From the human T2T-CHM13v2.0 reference genome, Homo sapiens: a stretch of DNA of 64,000 nucleotides. This document shows positions 1-13,799 of this stretch, piece after piece. Positions within the stretch are counted from its first letter, which is position 1; every line of letters starts with the position of its first letter. The DNA is taken from assembly GCF_009914755.1 (NCBI RefSeq), contig NC_060928.1, one strand, 5' to 3'. The notes beneath the pieces are model-generated. The model was not told the DNA's origin. It ran no database searches and saw nothing but the letters and a program-made list of their open reading frames with translations. The position numbers and the translations under genes were made by a program.

Positions 1-420
1 ATTTTTTCTTTATTTTGTCTTCAAGTTTATCTGTGATTTTATTCAGGAATTTTAAAATTAATATATTAAATATATCAATCTGTCCTATGAAATCATAGTA
101 GTTTTGTGACTTAGAAAGGGTTTCTTCATAGAGATGTGATAAAATCCTTCTCTTATGTTTTCCTCTAGAATTTTATGGTTTTGCTTTTTTATGTATTTAC
201 ATTTGTGGCCCATCTGGGAATTTATTTTGGCATAGGAAGTAAGCTGGGGGTGCAATTTAACTTTTTCAGAGGGTACCAATTACCTAAATATAATTTATCA
301 GATACCCTCTTTTCCCCCACTGTTAGGCAATGCTACTTATTTCATCAAATAAACACATGCAGCTATTTGGGTCTGTTTATGCATCCTCCATTTATTCCAT
401 TGATCTGTTTGTTTATTTAT
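1..420 (-). mobile_element. Old L1 (L1M-type) ORF2 3' fragment
   Basis: Minus-strand ORF 85-279 (KLHPQLTSYAKINSQ...KILEENIRE...MKKPFLSHKT) resembles L1 ORF2p KLDPYLSPYTKINSRWIK...TLEENLG...MGKDFMSKT. Confidence 0.8.
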
Positions 421-3400
421 TAATGTGCATATATTGAATAGCTCTCTGAGTAATACCCATGATGATAAAGAACCATTGATCAGACGAAACTCCTCATTTT
501 ATGCTGAGGCCCAGAGTATTTAAGTGGTTGATCAGAGAGTCATTTAGTTAAAGTGGTGGAGCTCACCAGAACCTGAGACCCGTGTTTCTGTGTAAGTATG
601 AGTTACACTAATGCCTCACTAGCTTCCAATGGACCCAGTTTTTCTGATACAGAGTCATTGACTACACCTGATAAGCACCCATCATTTCAAGCCCACGTAC
701 CTTTGGTTATTCTGTTGACTAGGAGAGGGAGTACCACTGATGATTGATGGGAAGAGAAAGTGTGTGTAGACAATGACTGCTCAGTGATCACGAAAGTGCC
801 TTATTCTTCTGCAGGTTGAGGAATGTGAACCATTTGGGTGATTGTGGAAATACCGTGTTCAGATTGTGTGGTTCTGGAATGGGAGTTTAGAGATAAGATG
901 TAGTGAAAGAAAAACATATGGATATTGTGTCCAAAGATGGATAGACAGATATTTAACATAAACCATGAACTAATTTTCAATGGTTTATGTAAATGTGTTT
1001 CTCTACAAAAATTATACATTCTTTTTAGTTGATAGAAATCTTTATCCTTTGTTGTAGCATGAAGACTAAAACAAAATAAGCCGTATTTGTGCAGTGTTTA
1101 TTTCAAAGTTATAATATCAATTTAACTTTGCATTTTCACAAGCCTAGAATGCAGTATTATTTAACAGATAGATATTACATTAGAGTTCTTTGGAATTATT
1201 TTTAAAGTTTAGAAAATAAGCAAACCACATAATTTTCCAAAAGAAAAAGAAACGAATTACTTCGTCATTTCAAAGCTTATAGACAGAGTGCCGTAGTGGT
1301 CCTTGAAGACATGAGATGCCAGTTACAAGCCAATTGTATCAAAGTATGAGATGAATAAGAAATGATTCAAATCCAATAAAATACTAAACAAGGACATTGG
1401 TTGCTTTCCAGCCAACATGTTAGAATACATGGGGTAGTAGAAAGATCGCCTGCATAGAATTTGCTCTTGCCAGATAGCAAATATTGCTAGTAATGTTTAA
1501 ATTAAGTATCGATTGGATAATCTTCACAGGTGGCATATTCAGATTTTATTCAGTCTGTGTCTTCTTTACTCTTCTTATGTAATATAAAACAACTAAGATA
1601 AAAAACAATGAGCATAGACTCTACCAATAGATTTGTGGCAAATATTGACTGGTTTGAAACTTTAGCCAACTTAACAATTTAATGTCTTCTGATTTGCTAA
1701 TTGCTTTAGTATTTCCAAAATAAGTGTCAAGAAGACAACTGCAGGAGTGGTATGACCCACATTCACCTATGAGACCCTTATTTTAACTCTGTAATAGTCT
1801 TAGGATTTGAATTAAATCCTAGGCAACACTATAAAAGCTAGAGATTCCCTGTGGGTCAAAGTTATCAAAGAAGCATTACATTTTAAATTTAGATGCATCC
1901 TTTTTTTGGGAAAAAAAGGAAACTTTGGGAAACCCAGTGATTACAAGTTTCCAGACTGGAGCTTTGAGCTTAAGCAGAATTGAAGAAACACTAGTATCAA
2001 TGCATTGTTGAAGCCTGAAGAAGTTGAGTCATAATTGAACTAGGATGTAACTTATGATAAATATTATCCAGTATGATAAAACAATGAAAAGATTGGATTT
2101 TTTTCCCTTTCTTGGAGAACACTTGTCAAAAATTAACTTTTACCCAGTTAAAATCCAGTGTGGTGATACTGGTGTTGTGTGGATGCAGCCAACAGGTGAG
2201 TTTCAGAGTGACATTAGGCATATTTGTAAAATTGTGAACAGTCTCTGAATGAGAAAGGGAACACCTACTGACAGTCTTAACTTATCATCTGGTAGTGATG
2301 TGGTCAATGTGGGGAATGTGCCAGAAACTTTTCCATTCAATCTCCTGGAGTTTATGCCACTGTAGATAAAACCACTGGCCATACATAATGACAAGGTCTA
2401 CAGCAGAAGTTCTTTGGATCAAAGCGCATTCTCCTAATTTCCTTCTCATAGGATATTCTCTACCCTCAAGTCACCCCACCTATATCAATGACCCCAACCC
2501 CTCCCGCATTCTCTGCTTTTCTATACTAAAACATGTTCTCTGGAAGGATTCAAGACCAGCCATTTATAAATTAATATGAAATTAATAAGCCATATTTTCC
2601 AGGTTAGTTTCATTTAAAGTCTTTTTGAAATCACAGATTGAAAGTGTATATTATCTCTTAAAAATTTTTAGTACTCATATGACACAGATATTCTATGATT
2701 AATTTTAGGTGGAGTTTAGGAATTTTGAATAGTATCTTGAAATACTATGAGTGTGTGTCTGTGATTTTATTTTTCAGGTGTAAACATTAAATATAATTAT
2801 TGTATTTGCTTTAATGTATTATACCATTCATTTGTATGTATATTTCCTCCAAGAAAGATTCCATGTGGAGGCAAATAAGAGATATTGTTAACATACTTTC
2901 TTTAGACAAGAAGGCTGAAGTCCACATCAAGATAAACTTAAGTCTAGAATCCAGGGTTCCCAATGGAGTTCATTCTTCATTTTGCATAAGAATTGTTAGA
3001 CTAAAAGTTCTAAGGAAAGTACTCTGTGTAACTTCTAATAAGAATTGTTTTCTTCCCTGAAATAATGTCCAGTCAATAAATTAAGGTGTAGAGCTGTGGC
3101 AAATATTGCTATAAAAATTTACTGTGTTGAAATCTTTAGAATGCTTCCTTCACTTTCTCACATACCCACAGTGTTTCAGAGCTAGCCACAGAACGATGCA
3201 TGTTGCAATGCTATGCTGGAAATACAGACTCATGTTGAAATCGTTGCCAACAACTTTAAAAAAAGATAGCAAGATGTGGAGAAATCATGAATTATGGGGG
3301 AGGTCAAGGCCAAGGCTGTAGAATAATTTCAGATTGGGTATGCAAGTGAGTAGAGGAAAAAAGGGACAAAATTAAGTCCATTTAGGTGGAGAAAATGGTA

Positions 3401-3499
3401 TTAGCCAAGCTACTGGGACACTGAAAAACACAGAATAATCAGAGCTGGGTGAGACTGGAGACCAATAGGGTAGAGGAAGTGGGAAAGTTGGTAAGATAT

Positions 3500-3858
3500 T
3501 GTATTAGTCCATTCTCATGCTGCTATGAAGAATTCCCCAAGACTGGGTAATTTATAAAGAAAAGAGGTTTAATTGACTCAGCTCCGCATGGCTGGGGAGG
3601 GCTCAGGAAACTTACAATCATGGCAGAAGGCACCTCTTCACAGGGCACCAGGAGAGAGATTGAGTGCCAGCAGGGGAAATGCCAGATGCTTATAAACCCA
3701 TCAGATCTCATGAGAACTTACTGTCACGAGAACAGCATGGGGGAAACCACCCCCATGATTCAATTACTTCCCACCGCATCCCTCACACAAAAGGTGGAGA
3801 TTATGGGATTACAATTCAAGATAAGGCTTGGGTAGGGACACAAAGCCAAACCATATCA
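3500..3858 (-). mobile_element. THE1-family (MaLR) solo LTR
   Basis: Termini tgtattagtccattctcatgctgct...agccaaaccatatca, typical THE1 internal text, and 5-bp flanks GATAT/GATAC (TSD with one mismatch). Confidence 0.9.
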
Positions 3859-4990
3859 GATACATTGCAAGATATTATAAACAGCTTTTGATGTCATGCT
3901 AGAAGTTTTGGACTGCATGCTATAGGAGAGGAAACATGATCAAAATCATGTTTTGATGGCACGTAAAGTGGATGTGATTGACAGAGTGATGGATTATACA
4001 CATAGATAAAAGACATGGATGGGTTTTAATGATAGCAGCAAGAGTGGAGAGGAAATATAAGAAGCTTATCTGAGAAAAACTTTGTACACTTGACTAAGTT
4101 CAGAAGTAAATTAAATGTGGGGATGCTAGTAGAAGGAGAAAGAGGAAGGAATAAAGATAATCTCAATTTCTAGTTCAGAAACCTATGGGAATGCAGAAAT
4201 GTCATTAATTGGTTTGAGGACATCTGTAGGAAAGGAGTTCTGGAAAATTGGTGAGGAGAAAAAGAAAGAGGGATGCATTTGGTTTTGGACATACTGAGCG
4301 TGCAGTTCTAAGGAAGCATATAAGTTTTAAAAAATGAGAAATACATGTCTAGAGTTAAGGAGAGAGACAGACCCTGTAGATACAGATTTGAAAGATTATT
4401 ATCATCTATTACAACCTCTGCTTGAGAAGAGCTGAAGACATGGGAAGAAAATACCTGGGGAAAGAGTACAGAGCAGAAGGAAGGGAGTGCAGAAGAAGAA
4501 GTGGGCTAAGCATGAAATCCTAGGAAACCCTAAGATTAAGTGACTAAGAAGAGATACCATTGGAGCGAAAAGGGGAGATAAAAGGAGAACCAAGCAAAGG
4601 TTCTTTTTCTTTGAACGTGGAGACTAGTCATCAAATTCAGTCATTACAGCAACCTCAAGTCCATGAGAGCTGTGAAGTGGATCCTGGATTTGGCAATGAG
4701 GAAGGCACTTGGTGTCCTTTCAGAGCTGTGCCATTGGAGAGGCAAGGACCAACATCAGGTAGTAGTGGGAAGATTCACAGTGACGTGGAGAAATGGAGAA
4801 TGAAAAGTTCTGTTCAGAAATTTGCTGGTGAACACGTTTAGTGTACACTAAAAATATTTATTGAACATGCTCTATATGCTGTATATTATTATAGCTGAAA
4901 CTGCAACAAAAAATAGGATACAATCCTGATCCTCAATGAGTTCACTTTATATTTAGGGGAAGGGAGACATGTAAATAGATCATCAGTGAA
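3859..4990 (-). mobile_element. L2 LINE fragments (THE1 is inserted into this L2)
   Basis: Purine-rich L2-like text (ggttttggacatactgag, gtagatacagatttg, ggatttggcaatgagg) and an L2 3'-end motif aaatatttattgaacatgc at ~4852. Confidence 0.7.
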
Positions 4991-5880
4991 GCCATTTCAT
5001 CAGTGAAGCCAATGCAGTCTCTTCTGAAGAAAATTACTTATGAAGAAGATAGATTAAATTACTTATGAAGACAAAGAATTCATAGTATCAAAAACTAAAA
5101 ATCGCAATCAAACTAGTGTAAGAATCTTGAAGGTTTTTCAATTAACTATAAATTCAATAGTGGTGGATTGACCTGTATGATTGGAGGGCTGTAGTGCTTT
5201 ATAATTTGAAATACAGTGAACTTCCTGGCTTTAAAAATGTTTAGTGTAATTTTCATTTATCCACCACTGCCTGCACACTGAGGTAATTAGAAAATTTCAA
5301 TATTTGCTCCTTATCAGATAATGCCCCCTTCCCATTCCTATGCAGCTCTCTTTTAAAAATTATTTGGCAAATGCGACTGTCAAAATTAGGTCAAATAAAA
5401 TGATAATTGATTGTAGTTTACTGCATGCACATAATAGTCTGTATAAGGAAAACTCTCTGGGTGGGGTTGATAGTAGCAGTAAAGTGGAGGATTGTGCTTT
5501 TTCAAGACTTCTATTAGTTCATACTGTCACCAATCGAGACAGCAATTGTAGTATAAGTTTCACCTTTGTTTGTAGTGTGGATATATTTACTTTGGTTTGA
5601 GACTGAACAAAGTGAAACAAAACAACAGGTCAATAAAAAGTATTATATTGCCATAGAAATTGAACAGCAACCTGAAAGTCCAGAGGAATAGCATCCTTCT
5701 GGAACAAACAATTAACATCAATCAGAAAAGGCTATGGAAATGTCAATAGAATACAAGAACATATGACACCTGTAAAAATAAAATAAAATTTCAGACGTAG
5801 AAATCAACTCCAAAAGAATTAAATAGAACTAACAGTATTTAGTTATTCATTCATTTAGTTTTACTTTTTATGTTTGATAA

Positions 5881-6214
<334 letters not shown>

Positions 6215-6899
6215 GAGTATTTAAATTTTAATCTTAATAAAACTCGGTCTATTGTTATCTCATAAAAATACACATAACTGCAATTCTCAGCACAAACAGA
6301 AAACATAATAAATAACTGACTTATACAGTCTCTTGAAAAGGGGGAAATATATCCTAGGCAGGCTAAAGATTCTTTATCATGCTAGTTGCCTTTTTTTTTT
6401 CTCTTCCAAAATATCAAATCTCTCTCTCTCTCACATTTCCCAAAGGGAAAAAAAAAGCAGCCTATTAAGTCTCTTATCAGTTCTTTAGTTATTTCTTTAC
6501 CAAATCAATTTACTTCTTGGCATCTTTAAATTCTTCCCTTCAGCTATTAACCTAAGAGACTTCAGCAAGTCTCTAAGAAACTAGAAGATGAAAAGAAAAA
6601 TATCCCAGAAAGGGGGTAGAGAAGCTGAGAATACTTACATGAAAATAAGCTTTACTCCAGTGACACTTTGGTACAGTACAAAACTAAATGAAGAAATACA
6701 GGTATAGTCTTTGTCATTCAATCCCCTGTTATATATTTAGAGACTTGTGTGAATCTTGCTTGGAGTCAGGGTCCATAAATCCCCCATTCAGACAAAGCAG
6801 GGAGAACAACTTTTCCCCTTTTCCTTGGTGACTAAAACAAAGGGATAAAGACATGAACTGAACAACAACAACAAAATCAGAGATCTGCCCTTGAGTGTA

Positions 6900-7091
6900 C
6901 AAGGTTATCATTCCAATCAAACTGTTCCTGAGGTGTAATCTTGGTTTTGTGTCCTCTCTTGGTTCATGCCAATTACTTAAGGTTGATTTTCCAGTTTTTC
7001 ATAGTGATCTGATATTATGCCAGTAATTAACTTTTGCTTAAATTAGCTAGAGTTATTTTATTTAGTTTGTAACAAGAATTCTGCCTAATAT
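6900..7091 (+). mobile_element. Probable 3' part of an ERVL/MaLR-class 5' LTR
   Basis: Ends in ttttgcttaaattagctagagtt...tttgtaacaagaattctgcctaatata and is followed directly by the ERVL-type internal start gaaattagtacagggagtgggg. Confidence 0.5.
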
Positions 7092-7123
7092 AGAAATTAG
7101 TACAGGGAGTGGGGTTGAATATG

Positions 7124-8079
7124 TCATTTGTATCCTACTATCTCCCTCCTGCCACCCCCACCCCAAATGCTCTGACACCTCAAATGCTCTGAATATAGAA
7201 ACTAGTGCAGGGAGAGGCAATATCCCTCAGGGTGACAATGAAGGTGGCAGGGGGGCTTGAGATTTTGGGGCTTGAGGGAGCTTAGGTGAGGCTAAAGAAC
7301 CACAAAAATATTGTTAGCTATGGAAGAAAATGTTGCTGCACAGAACACACTGAGGTGAAACCACCACTTACATTATCATCTGGAGTGAGGTGCTCACTTC
7401 AAGCAACTTTTTGAGAGAAGCTACTGTTACTGTCATAGAAGAATATGAAGGACATGAGGAATTCCAACACTTGATGTAAAGTGACTATTTCCAATGGTAC
7501 AGGATAACATAAAGAAAAAGAATAGAGGCTGGGCATGGAGGTTCACACCTGTAATCCTAGCACTTTGGGAGCCCAAGATGGGAGGCCACTTGGAGTTCAG
7601 GATTAGCCTGGAAAGCATAGTGAGACCCCATATCTACAAAAATTTTAAAAATTAGCCAGGCATGGTGGCATGCTTCTTTAGTCTCAGATACTTAGGGCTG
7701 AAGTGGGAGGATCACTTGAGCTCAGGGAGTTGAGGCTGCAGTGAGTCATAATCACACCACTGTACTCCAGCCTGGGTGACAGAGTAAGACCCTGTCTCAA
7801 ATAATTTTAATGACAACAATAATAAAATGGATAGCTCAAATCCCTAAATTCTCAACTCAAGGAAAAGATCCAGTCCCAGGGAACTTCTAAGACCAAGCTT
7901 ATAGACTTTACAAATCCTACCAAAAGACTGATATAGCCAAAATCAAGACACATACTTTGATTTTGTTGGCTACCAAATTACAGTGTCAGTTGGATTCACA
8001 GCCATGCTGGATCTCTTACAGTGAATGTCAGAGCATTTGGGGTGGGGGTGGCAGGAGGGAAGTAGTAGGATACAAATGA
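7124..8079. repeat. 54-bp inverted repeat pair (7124-7177 / 8026-8079), 52/54 identical
   Basis: tcatttgtatcctactatctccctcctgccacccccaccccaaatgctctgaca versus the reverse complement of tgtcagagcatttggggtgggggtggcaggagggaagtagtaggatacaaatga. Confidence 0.95.
7527..7803 (+). mobile_element. AluJ
   Basis: Dimeric Alu with J-type ggaggatcacttgagc...gaggctgcagtgag and gaccctgtctc. Confidence 0.95.
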
Positions 8080-8848
8080 TAGTTTGGGGGACTTATGGTA
8101 AGATTTGGAGTAATCAGAATTTCCCAACCCCTCAATCTCAGCTGAATTTGCATTGCTAACTGGAGCACCTATTTCTCTTTTTAGAAATCTATTTCTCCCT
8201 CCCTGGTATATGCCATACCTATTTCAATTACCTTGTAATATTAAACTAGTTCTCCATATGTACCTCATCATTTCCAGACTTATGACTAAAGCCAGAGCTC
8301 AACATGTCTCAGCAAGTTAAGCTTTATGTACTTAATATACAAAATTACTTTACAGGTCTTTGTTCACTTACATCAACAAAAATGTGTATCCTTTAGGATA
8401 TGGATTCTTAGGATATTTATCCAAGGAAAGAGAATCGGGCTCAATTTATCAATGTGTGTGAACTCATCAGAGATTCTGAATTTTGAGTGCTGGTTTGAGC
8501 AACTGGGTCTTGTTTCAATTGTTTACTCAAACAGCTGACAGAAGTCTGGAATCAATGTCAGGCCACCGTAAACAAAGTTGCGATAGCAGAATTACCCTGT
8601 TAAAGTAAGGAAACAATCCAAATACTTTGGGAGATATGAACTTGAAAGTGAATTTAGTGTGTATGAACTCCCTGCCTATTCCCTAAATATATTCTCTCAA
8701 GAGGGCACAGATTTTCCCTTCATCCAGGCCTTGAGAAATATGCTGGTAAGGGGAGGGTCAGTATCTTGGAAAGTTCCTCAAAGGCATTGAGACTGTTAGG
8801 AGACCTCACAGTGGGAATGAGTTCCCTAAATAAAACTACCATGGGAAG

Positions 8849-9224
8849 TGTTATGTATTGAATTATGTCCTCCCAAAATTCATCTGTTGAAGCTCTAACC
8901 CCCAACATGATGGTTTTTGGAAAGGGGTCTTTACGAGGTAATTAGGCTTAAAGGAGGTCCTAAGGGTAGGGTCTTCATGGTGAGATTAGTGTTTTTATAA
9001 GAAGAGACCAGAGAGCTTTCTCTCTCTTTCTATCTCTACCATGTGTGGACACAACTAGAAGGTGGCAATCTGCAAGCCAGGAAGAGAGCCCTCACCAGAA
9101 ACCCAATTAGCCTGCATTTTGATCTTGGACTTCCCAGCCTTCAGAACTGTGAGAAACAAATGTTTATTATTTAAACCACCCAGCACGTGGTATTTTGTTA
9201 TAGCAGTCCTAGCAGACTGACACA
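8849..9224 (+). mobile_element. MLT1A-type MaLR LTR nested in the ERVL
   Basis: tgttatgtattgaattatgtcctcccaaaattca...ccagccttcagaactgtgagaaacaaatg...gactgacaca. Confidence 0.9.
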
Positions 9225-10139
9225 GGGTGATCTTAGGGTATCCTAGCAACGTAGTCGAAACTAAATCAAGAGCAAAGCAGGTGTGGCTGCCCTAAATAAA
9301 CAGCAAGGCAGGGTGTTCATCAGAAGGGTCTGGCCTGACGACATTTTTTATTGTGGCTAATTTACATGGGATCCCTGTGTTTGAAAAGATTGGGCAGTCT
9401 ATTAAGTGAATAAAATATTTTTTAACCTAAAAACACCCTCCTTCTAGTGAGCAGAAGCCCAGCATAAGTCACCATGAATGACTTGCACATTTGATTTCCA
9501 TATCTAAGCTGGTTCACAGACCCAGAGCTGAATAAAGAGTAGATCAGGTACTTCAGAGCAGAATCTCCTAATTGGTGGTCACAACACACTGGTGTGACTG
9601 CAGGGGTTACAGCTTGCTGAGATAACTGTTTTCCTCAGCCTGAAATAAATGGATGGCATGTGGGCAGCTAGAGATTCCAGGCCAAGTACAACCAGTTTTG
9701 CTGACTTCTCCATTTACTCTGGTATACCATAGACATATTATTTTCTATGCATGCCATGATGTCAAACAGGCTGAAAGCCCTGTCTTGTAGGAGCGACCCA
9801 GTAACAAAAATCATAACTACATATAAACAGTGTTCCTCCTAGACTTTTCCAAAGAAATACTAATCTCTTTACCCATCAATCTGTGCCCTGGAAAATTAGA
9901 TCTACCCAAATGTTTCAGTGGACATTGACTTTGAACTTAGACAATATATGGGGACCTAGAAAGACTGTTCAGTCCATTGGTCAGAGGGAGAGTTTCCAAA
10001 GATCAAATGACTGACGGATTTTGGTCCAAGTTGTACTACTGAACCTCAGTAAAATTTTAGAATAGAGGTTCTTATCTACAAATATCTAAATATAGATATA
10101 GATGAAGATTTAGATATATATATAATATGTATCTTAATA

Positions 10140-10316
10140 TCTATAACTATCTATTCATATTTATCTATCTACCTACCTATCATCTATCTATCATCTCTCT
10201 CTCTATCCATGTATCTATCTATCTATCTATCTGTCTGTCTATCTTACTATCTATGTAACTATCTATGTGTCTATACACACACACACACACACACACACAT
10301 ACACATAAACACACAT
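10140..10316. repeat. (TCTA)n plus (CA)n microsatellite
   Basis: Directly visible tandem tetra- and dinucleotide units. Confidence 0.95.
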
Positions 10317-11571
10317 AATTTGATCTCTAGAATAAAGACTGCTCTCTCAACCAAAATTGTAATTATAAATCAATACCATATCTTGCAGGAAGGTAATTAA
10401 AAACATGTTGCATTCAATTGCAGTTATTATAACAGGCATTAATTTAATACAGGAGCAAAATAACATAGCTCTTAGAAACTCATGGATTTTTTTTCCTCTA
10501 TTCCACCAAGCAAAGAGCACCAGAAACAGTTATCTTTGCATATGCAAGGGTGTATGTAGAATTTCACCATCTAATCTCAGGGCTGTGCCAATCCTCTAGC
10601 TCTGAGTTTTGTTTAGTCTTTAGGAACCTTGATAATCTCATTATCTCAAGGTTTAGCATGACTTCCACTGCACTTATAGCATTCTATAGATATGCCCTAA
10701 AGAGCAGGAAGTGATAGATATCCCAGATGCCTCGGTAAGAGCCATACATACCACCAAGTGGAAGATAAAAATAGTAAAATACAACAGTATAAAACGCAAT
10801 GCTAAATCCAGTCAGATTTAGCATGTAAGCTAACCTCCTCCAGGCTAATAGGATTTTTTTGTGTGTTTATTCTTACCACTAAAAAAAGAATCCCAGTATT
10901 TATGGGCCTTTCTGTATTATATGGGGAAGGAAGGACACTCCTCATCATGTTACCAAAATCATTCATAAAAGTTAATGGAAGTCTAATGCAATTCTATAAA
11001 GACAGGACAAACAAGAGCTTAGATCCATTATGAGAGAATATTTAGGTGATACTATAAGTTAAAGTACCTCCAAAAACTTAAGGCTTTGGGTATAGGCAAA
11101 GGGAATTTTGAATTGGGAGTGAGGAGATGTTATAAATGGGTTCATGGTCAACTGTGCAAATGATTCTGGTCTTATTTACATAAAAGAATTCATGGTCAAT
11201 TGTACAAATAAGATCCTGGTCCTATTTTTCATGCTAAGATATATATTTATTTACATATTTTAATTATTTTTCTTTTTACTTCTTCTAAATTCCCTCAGTA
11301 TTACAAAAATGATACAATTAATCTAAAATGCAGATTACCAAAAGGAGAACGCAACAGAATTTGAGGAGGAATTGACATTACTCAGTTGTGTGGAATCTGA
11401 GTCAGGTGCAGTAACTCACAATTTTGGAGTTGTCTCTCTGTGAGAGGATGTAAATGTGGTTTGTGTCTTAGTGCAATACATTATTGTATTACAGGCAGGA
11501 ACCATTTTTGTGAAGCATAACTACGGGATAAATCAGATATGGGATAATGAACTGTCATAAAGGCAGAGTAA

Positions 11572-12060
11572 CTAGACATTTGTCATGTGCAGTCTGTCCT
11601 GCACCTGTCCCTTCTCCTTGTGTAAGAAACTCTCCCTTTCCTCACAGATTGTGAGATTTGGTGAAAGCAGTTTCCATCTTTCAGCGTGCAGAAAGCAAAA
11701 TAGGAAGACACCCCTTCCCCTATCCCTCTCTCCAGGCAGTCAAAGAGGATGTGGAGCTACTATCATTCACTTTTGGAGATATGAAAAATGACCCGGAGAT
11801 TTGGAGAAAGTATAGAGGGCACCAGCAGAGCTCTCGCAAGCCTAGTGGCAGCAGCAAAACACAAGAATCCAGTGGTGTTTGGTTAAATGCCCAGTGTGGT
11901 GGGGCCAATGGCAGCTTTGGAACAAAGCTGATCTGGTGATATGACCCAGCTCTGGAATTAACTACAGAGGTTCCATTTGTTTCTCTCTAGTTCTTAGGTG
12001 GGTTCTCCAGACTGCCTGTGAATCCTTGCTTCTGTCGTAGGGAGAGAAATCCGATATTGG
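11572..12060 (+). mobile_element. Possible 3' LTR of the decayed ERVL
   Basis: Follows a purine tract (aaggcagagtaac) at the end of the internal region and has LTR-like composition. Family not resolved. Confidence 0.35.
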
Positions 12061-12724
12061 TGAAGAGCAATCAGTCTACCATATTCCCACTAGTTATTAC
12101 AAGTTTAGGCTGACTTCATCTCTTGGTACCTTAAATAACACCCTGGTGAACTTCTTTTATCAAGTCTCTTCATAGACCTGGATGAAATTTACCCAACAAA
12201 ATGTTGGGTAAATCCAAGGAAGGAGGGCTGATAAAGGATATAAACAAGTTAATTAGCTAACATTGGCAAATTACTTCTAGGATGGCTGCACCAGTTTACC
12301 GATCTTACACTGCATTTTCTTAGCTTTGCCATGCGTGTGAGTGAATATTGAGTTTTCACCATACTGTTGAGTGGAAAATTGTAACATCACTATTTATAGT
12401 TAAATAAAATTAGGCATTTGTTCATTTACTTGGCTTTGTTTTTATATTCTAAAATTTCTTAGGTTTTTAAGTAATTTTATTCAGTGCTATATATACAATG
12501 TATATTTTTATACTTACATAATATATAATATTTATATGTAAATACTATATATACTTGTTTATATACTTATAAATACTATATACTTATATATACAAGTATA
12601 TTTTATGTAACTATATTTTAAATATATATTTAGAATTAGTTTCCTAAATTTCTTCTAAAAATTCTACTTGAGTTTTCATAGGAATTTTATTTTGTATATA
12701 GTGATAATTTCTATGGACAAGAGA

Positions 12725-13750
12725 CAAACTAGGATGTGGTCAGGAGAATCAGGAGTATTGTGAGGGGAGAGTTTGCAGGATTAAATAGGGTGGTCAAGAT
12801 AAACCTCACTGAAGCAGTGAGATTTGAACAAAGACTTGAAAGAGGAAGGAGAGCTAGACAAACAGGTGTCTGGAAGTAAAAGAGATTTCTAGAGAGAAGG
12901 AACAGCTTCAGCAAGAACAACAAAAAAGCAAACAAAACAGCAAAAATAAGTCAAAGCAGCACAAAACCCAAAGAACAGCACAAAGGCCAGTGGGGCTGGA
13001 AAGGAGTTAAGTAAGAGAAAAGAGCAATTGGAGAAAATTTTGAAGAGCTGAGGGTTTGGGGGAGCAGATCATGTAGGGCCTGTAGACCCTTGTAAGGATT
13101 GTAGCTTCTACTATGAATGAAAGGGAAGACATTGAGGACCTTTGAGCACAGGAGTGGCATGATCTGACCTATAGTTTATAAGGAGAACTCTGGTATAATG
13201 CTGACAATAGATTATGAAGAGGTAAGAGTAGATGTTTGGAGGCTATTTCATTAATTCCAAGGACTGGTGTTATTGCCTGAGAAAGGGACGTAGTGATAGA
13301 AATGGTTCAAGGTATCATATTCTGAATAATTTCTAATGAAGGAGACACTAGGATGTATAGATGGATTGGATGTAGGATGTAGAAATGGAAGACAATGATA
13401 GCTTCAAGGATTTTTATTTGAGCAATTTCAAGAACGTGACTGCTTTTTACTGAAATGAGGATGATGCTGGTGAAGTAGGTTTAGGGAAGAAAATGAGTTA
13501 AGTTTTGAATGTCTTAAGTTTGGGATGTCAAGTAGACTTCAAGTGGAAACATAGTCTCCAAAGTTGGAGGAGATGGGAGACAGGTATGGGATAGAGATAC
13601 AAACTTGGGTATACACAGGCAGTATTTCAAGCCACGAGAAAGTTTGAAATTTCCACTGTTCATAGAGGAAAGGAATAAGAAGTAAGCCCTGGAATGCTCT
13701 AACACTAGAAAGTCTGGAAGAAAAGGAGGAATAATTGAGACACAGAAGGA
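12725..13750 (-). mobile_element. L2 (L2a-like) fragment
   Basis: ggagcagatcatgtagggcc...gtaaggattgtagcttctac...gggaagacattgagg...gcatgatctgac; gatggattggatgtagg; tttgggatgtcaagtagacttcaagtggaaac. Confidence 0.85.
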
Positions 13751-13799
13751 GGAACTGGAATTTATTTTGATCACAAACTTTGGAAATTTCAAAACTCTT

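Larger units (their letters stand above)
7092..11570 (+). mobile_element. Highly decayed ERVL-class endogenous retrovirus internal region (gag/pro/pol remnants)
   Basis: 9875-10035 resembles the ERVL protease region (TVHWGKGNTQTF..DTGSELT..GDPK..GPPVRV..QVINGVLAQV). 10495-10740 reads SIPPSKEHQKQ...FTI*SQGCANPLAL...PKEQEVIDIPDASVR, similar to ERVL RT FSIPVHKDHQKQF..FTVLPQGY.NSPAL..SEQEVATTLDLLVR. Stops and frameshifts throughout. Confidence 0.75.

Noticed and set aside
12187-12213. Perfect 12-bp-stem hairpin atttacccaaca-aaa-tgttgggtaaat (smaller ones at ~1801-1821 and ~60725-60745)
   Set aside because: Isolated and too short for an RNA gene call. At most a quasi-palindrome correction scar; a bacterial-type terminator is not meaningful here.
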